Virus record (IMG/VR): IMGVR_UViG_3300032270_000270
Span: 1 to 64,000 of that record
Length of the DNA stretch: 64,000 bases
DNA from: a virus
Taxonomy: Duplodnaviria > Heunggongvirae > Uroviricota > Caudoviricetes
Direction: 5' to 3' (one strand)
Part shown: positions 55,596 to 63,480 of the stretch, piece by piece
Layout: each line of letters starts with the position of its first letter
How positions within the stretch are numbered: position 1 is the first letter of the stretch
Program-made: the position numbers and the translations under genes
The notes under the pieces: generated by a model
Seen by the model: only the letters and a program-made list of their open reading frames with translations
Databases searched by the model: none
Told to the model about the DNA's origin: nothing

Positions 55596-55981
55596 CCATT
55601 TTTACATTTGCCACCTTTTTTCATCATTTTTGTACCAGACTTAGCTTGTTTCTTAGCACCTGCAATTCTATCTGCTGCTGTAGGTTTTGGGTTTTTGTCA
55701 ATACCAGCTTTCACTGATAACATACCAAATGATTTACCATTCTGAGCTTTAGCTTTAGTTTTAATCTTACCACCTTTTTTCATAGGTTGTGCCATAGATC
55801 TTCTTGCTTCTATAGCTTTAGCTAGTCTTGGATTTTCAGCACCTCTAGCATCTCTTCTAGCATCGATTCTATTAGCTACTCTTCTAGCTCTTCCTTCATA
55901 TGTTCCGTTAGATTCTTCAATTCTATCAACTCTTTTTACTTGACGATTATTAAGATTCAAAGGTTTTACAATTACTCCCAT
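55589..55981 (-). CDS. Lys/Arg/Gly-rich basic protein (130 aa), array member 2
   Basis: Contains PMKKGGKIKTK and MMKKGGKCKNGC. Confidence 0.45.
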   Translation of the reverse strand: MGVIVKPLNLNNRQVKRVDRIEESNGTYEGRARRVANRIDARRDARGAENPRLAKAIEARRSMAQPMKKGGKIKTKAKAQNGKSFGMLSVKAGIDKNPKPTAADRIAGAKKQAKSGTKMMKKGGKCKNGC

Positions 55982-55999
55982 TTTTTATATTTTAAATTG

Positions 56000-56623
56000 T
56001 TAACATTTCCATTTACGTAAAGACTTATTAATCCTACTGTTAGGATCATTAGCAGTCTTAGAACTTGTAAGTTTACTTTTCATACCAGACATCCTAGCAC
56101 AGAATGATTTCTTTCTAGGACCTCCTTGAGGTTGTGGAGCTTTAAGACCTGGCTTACCTGGGTTAGCTCTGTTGTAAGAGGCTCTACCTTTTGCATTGAG
56201 TCCTCCTGAAGGATTCTTACCTTCCTTACGTTGCCAAGCTGGAGAACTTCCACCATTTTTCATCATAGGGTTTTCTCTATGCCACTTCCTTACAGAAGCA
56301 ACACCTTGTTTAACTGTCTTAGCTTTAGACTTTTCTGTAAGATTTATCTTATCCCACTTACCTGCAGGCCTTCCTGCTGTATGATCTACAACTACATCAC
56401 CTTTTTTATTCTTAAATACCTTATGAGTTTGACCTCCCACTTTGACAACTGTACCACCTTTCTTTAATGATGTACCATCTTTTTTAATTAGATGACCATT
56501 AGGAACAGGTGTGATAGCACCCTTAATAGGACTTAAAGTGTCTCCATTTCTGAGAACACCTTTACCTACATAAGCTTCTGCTTTTTGTGGATTGTATACT
56601 TTTGTCTTAGGTATTCTAGGCAT
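56000..56623 (-). CDS. Lys/Gly-rich basic protein (207 aa), array member 3
   Basis: LKKGGTVVKVGG, MMKNGGSS. Ends KC. Confidence 0.45.
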   Translation of the reverse strand: MPRIPKTKVYNPQKAEAYVGKGVLRNGDTLSPIKGAITPVPNGHLIKKDGTSLKKGGTVVKVGGQTHKVFKNKKGDVVVDHTAGRPAGKWDKINLTEKSKAKTVKQGVASVRKWHRENPMMKNGGSSPAWQRKEGKNPSGGLNAKGRASYNRANPGKPGLKAPQPQGGPRKKSFCARMSGMKSKLTSSKTANDPNSRINKSLRKWKC

Positions 56624-56625
56624 GA

Positions 56626-57054
56626 CTATTTAGCTTTACGCTTAGCAGCAATCTTTTTGAATGTCTTAGCTAATGCTTTGGCCTTTCCTGTACAACCAGG
56701 TTTAGTGATAGGTGTGCATTTGCCTTCTGTACCTCTAGCCTTAATAGACTTAGATACTTTCTGCATCCACTTGCCATCTTTAGCTTTACCACCATTTTTC
56801 ATACCTGGTCTTCTAATGCCTGGTTTGTCCTCATCAAATCTTTCATAATCCTTATCATAATTCTTATAAGTTTTTGAATATGCACTATTTAATGCTGATC
56901 TTTGTCCTGGTTTAAATCCTCTATCAGCATCCATTGTATATCCCATTGGAGATGTTGTATCCTGTGGTGAGGAAGTCTTTGGATATTTTTTTAAATAATC
57001 CTGAAAAGGTGTTACCTTTTTTCCAGTTTGAGCCTTTTTCATAACTTTTGCCAT
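56626..57054 (-). CDS. Lys/Gly-rich basic protein (142 aa), array member 4
   Basis: N-terminus MAKVMKKAQTGKKV. PGMKNGGKAKDGKW. Confidence 0.45.
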   Translation of the reverse strand: MAKVMKKAQTGKKVTPFQDYLKKYPKTSSPQDTTSPMGYTMDADRGFKPGQRSALNSAYSKTYKNYDKDYERFDEDKPGIRRPGMKNGGKAKDGKWMQKVSKSIKARGTEGKCTPITKPGCTGKAKALAKTFKKIAAKRKAK

Positions 57055-57058
57055 GATG

Positions 57059-57412
57059 TTACTTCTTTTTAGATTTTAGCTTAGGAGCCATTTCACCACT
57101 ACGTTTTTCTACTAATTCAGATTCACGCTTTAACGCTGCTTTTCTGAAACCTGCTGGATTAACTTCTTTTGTAGCTTTTTGCTTCTTATCAAGACCATAA
57201 GACTTTTCAGAACGTCCCATCTTACCACCAGATTTCATCTTAGTAGCACCTAGTTCTTTATCTCTAGTTAACTTAGCTTTGCCTTTAGCACCTGCTAAGG
57301 TAGCTTCTTGAACTTTAGTCCAAGCACCTTGAGGATCAATAGGTCCTACACGCTTATCAGAAGCTTTCATTCCTGATAGGCTACCCATTCTATCTTTTTG
57401 TATCTTTGCCAT
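57059..57412 (-). CDS. Lys/Gly-rich basic protein (117 aa), array member 5
   Basis: TKMKSGGKMGRSEK. KLKSKKK C-terminus. Confidence 0.45.
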   Translation of the reverse strand: MAKIQKDRMGSLSGMKASDKRVGPIDPQGAWTKVQEATLAGAKGKAKLTRDKELGATKMKSGGKMGRSEKSYGLDKKQKATKEVNPAGFRKAALKRESELVEKRSGEMAPKLKSKKK

Positions 57413-57414
57413 TA

Positions 57415-57843
57415 TTATTTTGTTTTAGCTTTTATTTTCTTCTCTTGTTTAAGCATCTGAGCTGTAGGTTTCTTTCCAGATCCTTTAGCATTCCTTATAT
57501 TATCCCATAATCCTCTTTTAGAATAAGAACCATCAGCACGTTTTAACATACCACCTGCTTTCATTTTGCTTTTAGGAATTCCTAATTTTGATGCTTTAGA
57601 TTTATCTAACATAGGTAATTTTTCTTTATCTATACTACGATCAGGAATGTTCACTTTTTTTGTACTTTTTTTACCAGCACCTAACATCTTATCATAGTTA
57701 CTATTTTCATAGTTAGACTTAGACTTTGGAATCATCTTTCCAGGAAACATTTCACTCTCAACCATTCCTTTAGGAACGTTTTTGCCTGTTTGGGCTTTTT
57801 TCATTATTGCCATAATCTTATTTGTTTTCTGGAATCTCAACAA
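57415..57843 (-). CDS. Lys/Gly-rich basic protein, array member 6 (likely start MAIMKKAQTGK at about 57813)
   Basis: N-terminus matches member 4. KMKAGGMLKR. Confidence 0.45.
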   Translation of the reverse strand: MLRFQKTNKIMAIMKKAQTGKNVPKGMVESEMFPGKMIPKSKSNYENSNYDKMLGAGKKSTKKVNIPDRSIDKEKLPMLDKSKASKLGIPKSKMKAGGMLKRADGSYSKRGLWDNIRNAKGSGKKPTAQMLKQEKKIKAKTK

Positions 57844-58090
57844 TTATACCTGTTTCAACACCAGTGGCTAATGTCTTTTCAAGAGCATCGCCAGCTTCAT
57901 GTGCTAGGATAATAGTCTGTGCTTCCTTTGTACTTGTAATAGAACGTAATGTGTTTAATAACAGTCCAAATTCATGACCACTAATTGTAAAGTTTGTCTC
58001 TGGAGACCATGTGTACTTCTTTTTTGGATCAAACTTAGGACCTTGAGGTGCTTGGTTAGCAACGTCTTCAAAATTGATAATCTCTGCCAT
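57818..58090 (-). CDS. hypothetical protein (90 aa)
   Basis: ORF only. Confidence 0.35.
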   Translation of the reverse strand: MAEIINFEDVANQAPQGPKFDPKKKYTWSPETNFTISGHEFGLLLNTLRSITSTKEAQTIILAHEAGDALEKTLATGVETGIIVEIPENK

Positions 58091-58130
58091 ATAATTATAT
58101 TTTTGGTTTAGTCACGAAGATATGTATGTT

Positions 58131-58421
58131 TTATGTATCTTCCAAATTTATTTCAAATGTTATAGTTGCAGAACTTTTAATACTTTTAGATAGGTTTAGC
58201 TTAATCTTGAACAGGTTGTGTAGTTTTAATATCTCCTGTAACAACATCTCATTATACATAGGTAATGAGGGAGCCAATCTAAAGTGATACGATAGAGGAT
58301 TCTTAGTAATCTCTAACGTAGAAAGTTCATCAACTGATGATATAATTCCTTCAAGGTGAGCAAAATAAGCAAGTTCATTATCTTGCATCACCTCAGGAAA
58401 GAATTTCTTGTTAATTTGCAT
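58131..58421 (-). CDS. hypothetical protein (96 aa)
   Basis: ORF only. Confidence 0.35.
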   Translation of the reverse strand: MQINKKFFPEVMQDNELAYFAHLEGIISSVDELSTLEITKNPLSYHFRLAPSLPMYNEMLLQEILKLHNLFKIKLNLSKSIKSSATITFEINLEDT

Positions 58422-58825
58422 TAAGACAAGGTTAATAAGTATTTAGTTTTTGCTGCTTCGCCACTCAATGCATCTGCTAAGTTAGCAATATCATGATAGC
58501 TGTTTGCTTCAGCATAGCTTTTCAATGAAGATGCAAAAGATAAAAGATTTGAAACACATTCATTCCCTGTACAATTTGTAAGAGGTTCTATCTTGTATGG
58601 AGTGGGTCTTTTACCTGTATATCCCATAAGCTTTTCAATTATACCATCTTTGAAATCATGTACATAATCATACAATCCTCCTAGAGCTTGATGCTCAGCA
58701 TAACTTTTTGTCTGCCAGTGTAATAGATGTAGTTGCTCATGAAAATATGTAAGCTTCCCAGCTATTGTTTCCAAATTTAATTCTCCTGATTTCATCATTT
58801 CATCAGGGAATAATGATTTTGCCAT
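58421..58825 (-). CDS. hypothetical protein, weak Dps/ferritin-like pattern
   Basis: TIAGKLTYFHEQLHLLHWQTKSYAEHQALGGLYDYVHDF loosely parallels the Dps helix A/B region (L..LH..HW.V.G..F..LH). Confidence 0.3.
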   Translation of the reverse strand: MAKSLFPDEMMKSGELNLETIAGKLTYFHEQLHLLHWQTKSYAEHQALGGLYDYVHDFKDGIIEKLMGYTGKRPTPYKIEPLTNCTGNECVSNLLSFASSLKSYAEANSYHDIANLADALSGEAAKTKYLLTLS

Positions 58826-58836
58826 TGTTATTGGGT

Positions 58837-59091
58837 TTAACGAGGTTCTGTAGTTGTTGTACTAGTGGTACTAGTAGACGTACTAGTAGAAGTAGTTGTT
58901 GTAGTCACTGGAGCTTCTGTAGTTGTGGTTGTAGTTGTTGTTGGAACATAATTACAACATTCATTTGCATCTATCTCTTGCCAGTTACCAACCTTTGGTT
59001 TAAATCTTTGTAGTATTAAACTACCTGCTATGACACGTCCTGTACCATCGTAACGTACATATGCTTTTAATCTATTATTACTATTTGCCAT
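58837..59091 (-). CDS. small protein, conserved N-domain + poly-Thr tail (paralog A)
   Basis: MANSNNRLKAYVRYDGTGRVIAGSLILQRFKPKVGNWQEID..CCNYVPTTTTTTTTEAP... Confidence 0.45.
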   Translation of the reverse strand: MANSNNRLKAYVRYDGTGRVIAGSLILQRFKPKVGNWQEIDANECCNYVPTTTTTTTTEAPVTTTTTSTSTSTSTTSTTTTEPR

Positions 59092-59103
59092 GTTTATTTA
59101 ATT

Positions 59104-59385
59104 TTAAGGTGCAGGAGTTGTTGTTGTAGTTGTTGTTGGAGTAGCAGTCGTAGTAGTAGTTGTTGTACTTGTACTTGTGCTAGTAGTAGTACTAGTAGTT
59201 GTGCTAGTGCTTGTACTTGTAGTAGTAGTTGTAGGAACGTAATTGCAGCATTCATAAGCTGGGATCTCTACCCACTTACCCACTTTTGGTTTCTTTCTTC
59301 TTAAGATTAGGCTGCTTGGAACGATTCTTCCAGTACCATCAAAGCGTACATAAGCTTTGAGAGGGCGATTAGTATTCTGGGCCAT
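59104..59385 (-). CDS. small protein, conserved N-domain + poly-Thr tail (paralog B)
   Basis: MAQNTNRPLKAYVRFDGTGRIVPSSLILRRKKPKVGKWVEIP..CCNYVPTTTTTSTSTS... About 60% identical to paralog A over the N-domain. Confidence 0.45.
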   Translation of the reverse strand: MAQNTNRPLKAYVRFDGTGRIVPSSLILRRKKPKVGKWVEIPAYECCNYVPTTTTTSTSTSTTTSTTTSTSTSTTTTTTTATPTTTTTTTPAP

Positions 59386-59395
59386 AATTAATAAT

Positions 59396-60004
59396 TTATA
59401 TTATTGTTTTTTTATATGAAAACATATATCTTTTTTTATATATGTTTAAGTTATTTTGATTACATCTATTTGTAATTGTACTATAACTAACTAGTAACTC
59501 TTTTGAACAATGTAAAGCTGATACAAATTCTAACAGTTCTCCAGTTGCTAAATCTTTTACATATACAGTTTTAGATCTTGGATGAATTATTACTTTTCTA
59601 CGAGCATTTGACATTTTTTGTCTTGTTTCTATTGTATGAGTTATTCCTCTTTGACCTATTCCTCCATCAGTTTTATTTAATATAGTAAAGTTTAGATTTT
59701 TATATCTTTTAATATGTTCTATTTCTTTACTAAATGCTTCTTCTTTTGTTATATTTCTTTCTAATAAAGAAAAATGGATTTTTCCTTTTTTAATATCTAT
59801 AATATTGTCCATCCAAGCATATAGTTCAGGATTACTATTTTTACAGTTATATTTTCTATTATTAGCATGTTGTTTCCATCTACCAATAGCATCCCCAGTT
59901 ACACCAATGTATATATAGTTATCATCTAAATTTGAAGTCAATATATACAGAGAATAATGATTTTCTGGTAGGTCAACATTTATAACTCCATGATACTCAT
60001 TCAT
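59396..60004 (-). CDS. GIY-YIG homing endonuclease
   Basis: YSLYILTS...YIYIGVTGD...RWKQH... Confidence 0.65.
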   Translation of the reverse strand: MNEYHGVINVDLPENHYSLYILTSNLDDNYIYIGVTGDAIGRWKQHANNRKYNCKNSNPELYAWMDNIIDIKKGKIHFSLLERNITKEEAFSKEIEHIKRYKNLNFTILNKTDGGIGQRGITHTIETRQKMSNARRKVIIHPRSKTVYVKDLATGELLEFVSALHCSKELLVSYSTITNRCNQNNLNIYKKRYMFSYKKTII

Positions 60005-60005
60005 A

Positions 60006-61025
60006 TTAGTACTGTAAATTATACTTGTTTTTTATTTCTAATAGTTGTTTTACATAGTAATGAGTTGCATATTTCTTAGACTTCTCATCAGTGTGTACTA
60101 CATATAGTTGTGTATCTTTAAAAGGATCTTTACCAGCGTGATATGCTCCCTTATAAAAGGCAGGATAACCCATTGTGCTCTGTCCTGTAATCCCTGCATT
60201 ATGTAACAATGTTGTTCTATCCAGCTTCTCTATAGGATCTGAAGACCAACAGAATTCCAATTCAGGAATGTTTTTTGTTTCTTTCTCTCTAAGCCAAACG
60301 TTCCATAGCACAGCCCACATATCTGCACACCAGCTTTGGAACCCTTTGTCTTCATTTTTAAAGAACTGTTTATTTATATTCTGAAGGTAGACACGTATTA
60401 ATATACAATCATTCATTACCTTCTTCCAAAACTCACTATCTATATTCTTAAGGAAGTATTGAGCTCCTCCTGAATGATCATTGTTAGCTTCAGCTATCTC
60501 TCTTGTTATACCCACTAAGCTTGTAAGCTCAGCTAAGACATCTCTAGTCTTATACTCTTCCAGTTTGTCTGGTAGAACATCTCTTTCTTTACTATCAAAA
60601 TATGAAGCGTTGATATAACTATTTGTATCAGATAAATAGTTTACATCATCATCTTTAAATTTATCTATATCAAACTTTTCTGTGAAGATTACATCACAAT
60701 CACAGTAAAACACTGCTTTAGATACCATCTCAGGATTGTCCTGGAAATATCTCATTAAGCAATAAGGACGTAGAATAGGAATATAAACTCCTAAATACTG
60801 ACTAACGTCTCCTGTATCCTTGTAGAAAGCAAATTGTGCTTCTGGATACAGTTCCATAATCTTCTCCCATTTACCATTGTATTCTCTGAAACTAGGTGTG
60901 TACACTAAAACAATTGCTTTGTCTGAGTGTCCAAGCTTCTTTAAACTTTCCAACCATAGATGTACCTGCCATGTGTAGTATACATCATCTGGCTGAGCGA
61001 CTACAAACTTTAATTCCTTACTCAT
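60006..61025 (-). CDS. hypothetical protein (339 aa), possible glycosyltransferase-like DxD protein
   Basis: AVFYCDCDVIF, a hydrophobic run followed by a DxD-like motif. Weak. Confidence 0.3.
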   Translation of the reverse strand: MSKELKFVVAQPDDVYYTWQVHLWLESLKKLGHSDKAIVLVYTPSFREYNGKWEKIMELYPEAQFAFYKDTGDVSQYLGVYIPILRPYCLMRYFQDNPEMVSKAVFYCDCDVIFTEKFDIDKFKDDDVNYLSDTNSYINASYFDSKERDVLPDKLEEYKTRDVLAELTSLVGITREIAEANNDHSGGAQYFLKNIDSEFWKKVMNDCILIRVYLQNINKQFFKNEDKGFQSWCADMWAVLWNVWLREKETKNIPELEFCWSSDPIEKLDRTTLLHNAGITGQSTMGYPAFYKGAYHAGKDPFKDTQLYVVHTDEKSKKYATHYYVKQLLEIKNKYNLQY

Positions 61026-61027
61026 TA

Positions 61028-61621
61028 TTATTTAGTTGTTGGTTTATATCTATCATCTCTTTTTAAAATAGGAGTGGTGTTAGATCTCCAACTTTGTCCA
61101 TATATAATCTGCCTTATAATTGATAAACTAACACCTATAAGTTCAGAAACTTCTTTTATAGTTTTTCCTGAGTTATATAATTCTTTAAGAATAGTAACTT
61201 GTTCATCTGTAAGAGTAGCTCTACTATTTCCTTCACCTGCTCTACTAGGTTGTAATCCTAACTTATAAGCATGTTTTTGATTTTCAGAGTTAGTAACCCA
61301 CTCAAGATTTATAACACTATTATCAGTTTTTACACCACTAATGTGATTGATTTGAGTACATCCTTCAGATTTTACTAAGAACGCACTAGATACAAGTTTA
61401 TGAACTAATCTAGTGTGAGTTCCATTTTTACGAAGTCTAACTTCAGGATATCCTTTTTTATTAAACATCTGTTTTAACTCTTGTCCTCTAGTTAAACGAA
61501 GTCCACTTCTACCTTGTTTGAGTCTATCTATTCCTCTGATTTTACCAAGACTACTTGCCTGATATCCATCAAAGTCAGGAATATTTCTCCATTCCTCACA
61601 GATAAATTTAAGATCCTTCAT
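61028..61621 (-). CDS. HNH homing endonuclease (NUMOD4 + HNH_3 + C-terminal HTH)
   Basis: DGYQASSLGKIRG; INHISGVKTDNSVINLEWVTNSENQKHA; C-terminus TIKEVSELIGVSLSIIRQI. Confidence 0.65.
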   Translation of the reverse strand: MKDLKFICEEWRNIPDFDGYQASSLGKIRGIDRLKQGRSGLRLTRGQELKQMFNKKGYPEVRLRKNGTHTRLVHKLVSSAFLVKSEGCTQINHISGVKTDNSVINLEWVTNSENQKHAYKLGLQPSRAGEGNSRATLTDEQVTILKELYNSGKTIKEVSELIGVSLSIIRQIIYGQSWRSNTTPILKRDDRYKPTTK

Positions 61622-61648
61622 ATATGTAGTTTATTGGTTTTCTCTTTA

Positions 61649-61792
61649 TTAAGGAGCAGCTGTAGTTGTAGTTGTGGTGGTAGCAGGAATATTCCTACCC
61701 ATCACTCCTGTTAAAGCTTCTAATTGCTTAGAAATCTGCCAAAGCAAATTACTCTTTGTACTCCAGCCTATTTGTCTTGATGGTATTGCCAT
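61649..61792 (-). CDS. short ORF (47 aa) duplicating the N-terminus of the upstream gene, ending in a poly-Thr tract
   Basis: Manual translation: MAIPSRQIGWSTKSNLLWQISKQLEALTGVMGRNIPATTTTTTTAAP. Its first 30 aa match 61797..62306 (MAIPSRQIGWGTEENLLWQISKQLEYLTGV) at 27 of 30. Confidence 0.3.
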   Translation of the reverse strand: MAIPSRQIGWSTKSNLLWQISKQLEALTGVMGRNIPATTTTTTTAAP

Positions 61793-61796
61793 GTTA

Positions 61797-62306
61797 TTAA
61801 GCTATTTGGTAAATTCCTGATAAATCAAAATGGCTAGTTACAGTTGTGCCACCCACAGGTGTATTGTATTTCCAAGCAAGATCTGTTGTACTTCCTGAAT
61901 AATATAATTTATGTATTGTTGGACTAACTACTACATCTGTAACACCAGCAATGTGGTATAAAGCACTACCTGTTGTTTGATGTAATGTACCACCAGCTTG
62001 TCTCATTGTTTCAACAGAAGCAAATGGCAACGTAATTTGGTATTGTAAGGTACCAAAGTTAGTACAACCAGCAAAGTCTACATATATTCTAAAATAACAA
62101 AGATTTCCTTGTAAAAGAGTATATGATCCTGTAGCAGTTGCACCAGCCAATGTTCCAGAAGCATCTGTAAACAGTGGATTAAATGATTGAGATGTTGTAT
62201 TTTGTGAATTATAAGTCACCCCTGTAAGATATTCCAATTGTTTAGATATCTGCCACAAGAGGTTCTCTTCTGTTCCCCATCCTATCTGTCTGCTTGGTAT
62301 AGCCAT
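61797..62306 (-). CDS. hypothetical (possibly virion or fibre-module) protein, 169 aa
   Basis: Downstream of a TAnnTTTG promoter. Its N-terminal module is duplicated in the next ORF. Confidence 0.4.
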   Translation of the reverse strand: MAIPSRQIGWGTEENLLWQISKQLEYLTGVTYNSQNTTSQSFNPLFTDASGTLAGATATGSYTLLQGNLCYFRIYVDFAGCTNFGTLQYQITLPFASVETMRQAGGTLHQTTGSALYHIAGVTDVVVSPTIHKLYYSGSTTDLAWKYNTPVGGTTVTSHFDLSGIYQIA

Positions 62307-62325
62307 GATTGTGAAAATTAATGTT

Positions 62326-62333
62326 CAAAGATA
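62326..62333 (-). promoter_or_regulatory. putative promoter, -7 box TATCTTTG with TTG about 19 nt upstream
   Basis: The minus strand reads cattgttaataataaaaagtaacaTATCTTTGaacattaattttcacaatcATG. Confidence 0.4.
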
Positions 62334-62414
62334 TGTTACTTTTTATTATTAACAATGAGAGTCAATAATTTACAATAACAATTTTAGTTATATGTGTTTT
62401 AACTTTTTTAGTTA

Positions 62415-62537
62415 TTATCTACCCTGCCTGTTGTAAGGCTTAGTAGCTTTGTCCTTAGGACCTTTAAACTTAGAAGCTTTGCCTCTTTTACGTTTTCCAA
62501 AGGAAATTTTTCTTGAGTTACCTACTGCTTTTGCCAT
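62415..62537 (-). CDS. tiny Lys/Arg-rich ORF (40 aa)
   Basis: Manual translation: MAKAVGNSRKISFGKRKRGKASKFKGPKDKATKPYNRQGR. Its ATG is 1 nt after the stop of the upstream gene. Same composition as the 55383-57843 array. Confidence 0.3.
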   Translation of the reverse strand: MAKAVGNSRKISFGKRKRGKASKFKGPKDKATKPYNRQGR

Positions 62538-62538
62538 T

Positions 62539-62925
62539 TTATTGTTTTATAGTGGAGAATTGTAATATTATAACAAAAATCAATACCATTTTTTGAGCAA
62601 AGTCCCATCCACTATTATCTTTAGGAACAGGAATACGCATGTTTAGTCTTTCATCATATCTTATCTTATACTGATCTGTAACTTTGTATAAGCTATCATA
62701 TGTTGTTTTTTTCTTATCTATAATGCTATCTTTTATATAAACATGCATCTTCAACGAATCAATTGTTGTTTGATTAGATTGAAACGTGTTATTTATTGTA
62801 ACTGCTTGTTTAACAGTCATAATAACAACTGAATCATTCCCTAGTTTCTTAACGATAGGATACTGGCAATAGCTTAAATTTGACACCAGTGTCAGTAAGA
62901 TTACTATCAAGTTTACTTTTAACAT
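62539..62925 (-). CDS. signal-peptide/lipobox-like protein (128 aa), overlaps the upstream gene in another frame
   Basis: MLKVNLIVILLTLVSNLSYC. Overlaps 62849..63178 by 77 nt. Confidence 0.35.
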   Translation of the reverse strand: MLKVNLIVILLTLVSNLSYCQYPIVKKLGNDSVVIMTVKQAVTINNTFQSNQTTIDSLKMHVYIKDSIIDKKKTTYDSLYKVTDQYKIRYDERLNMRIPVPKDNSGWDFAQKMVLIFVIILQFSTIKQ

Positions 62926-63178
62926 TATTTAATTCAGATTTTAATGAACTAACCTCTGCTTTTAACGATACAATTTGGTTAACAGCTTGGTTTACTATTT
63001 TTGTTTGGGCTTTGGTAGCACCTTCTTGTACAGCTGCACTATTTTTATTATTTTCTGAAACTTTGTTAAGTAGAAGTTCAAACTCTTTATCTTCTTTAAC
63101 TGTTTCATCAACGTGCTGAGCTGTGGTATATTGACATCCATATAGACTTATTAATATTAAAAATGCTAAAATTCTCAT
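62849..63178 (-). CDS. putative lipoprotein, o-spanin-like candidate
   Basis: MRILAFLILISLYGC signal peptide with lipobox-like LYGC. Coiled-coil-like remainder. Immediately downstream of the TM protein. Confidence 0.4.
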   Translation of the reverse strand: MRILAFLILISLYGCQYTTAQHVDETVKEDKEFELLLNKVSENNKNSAAVQEGATKAQTKIVNQAVNQIVSLKAEVSSLKSELNNVKSKLDSNLTDTGVKFKLLPVSYR

Positions 63179-63480
63179 TAGTGTAACTTTTTTATGGCCC
63201 CTAGTTGTTGTAATGTTTGTAACTGAGTAGTAGTCACAGCTTTAGTGCTATCGCTAACTCTCAAAGCTTCCTGTACTTTATCTAATCTAGTTTCTACCTT
63301 ATCTATACGTACGTTTTGAGAAGCTGCTTGCTCTTTGAATGTTGTACGAACGTCTATGTACAGGTATGAAATAGCAATGAGCACCAAGAAAAGGGTGCCC
63401 ACTATTGGGTTTTTAGCAAACTCCTTAAACGATATAGGTAAAGGGTTTGCTGATATATTTGTTTCTTTTTTCGCTGCCAT
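63178..63480 (-). CDS. N-terminal TM + coiled-coil protein (holin or i-spanin-like)
   Basis: TM helix IVGTLFLVLIAISYLYI, then a coiled-coil-like C-terminus. Directly downstream of the endolysin, overlapping its stop. Confidence 0.45.
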   Translation of the reverse strand: MAAKKETNISANPLPISFKEFAKNPIVGTLFLVLIAISYLYIDVRTTFKEQAASQNVRIDKVETRLDKVQEALRVSDSTKAVTTTQLQTLQQLGAIKKLH

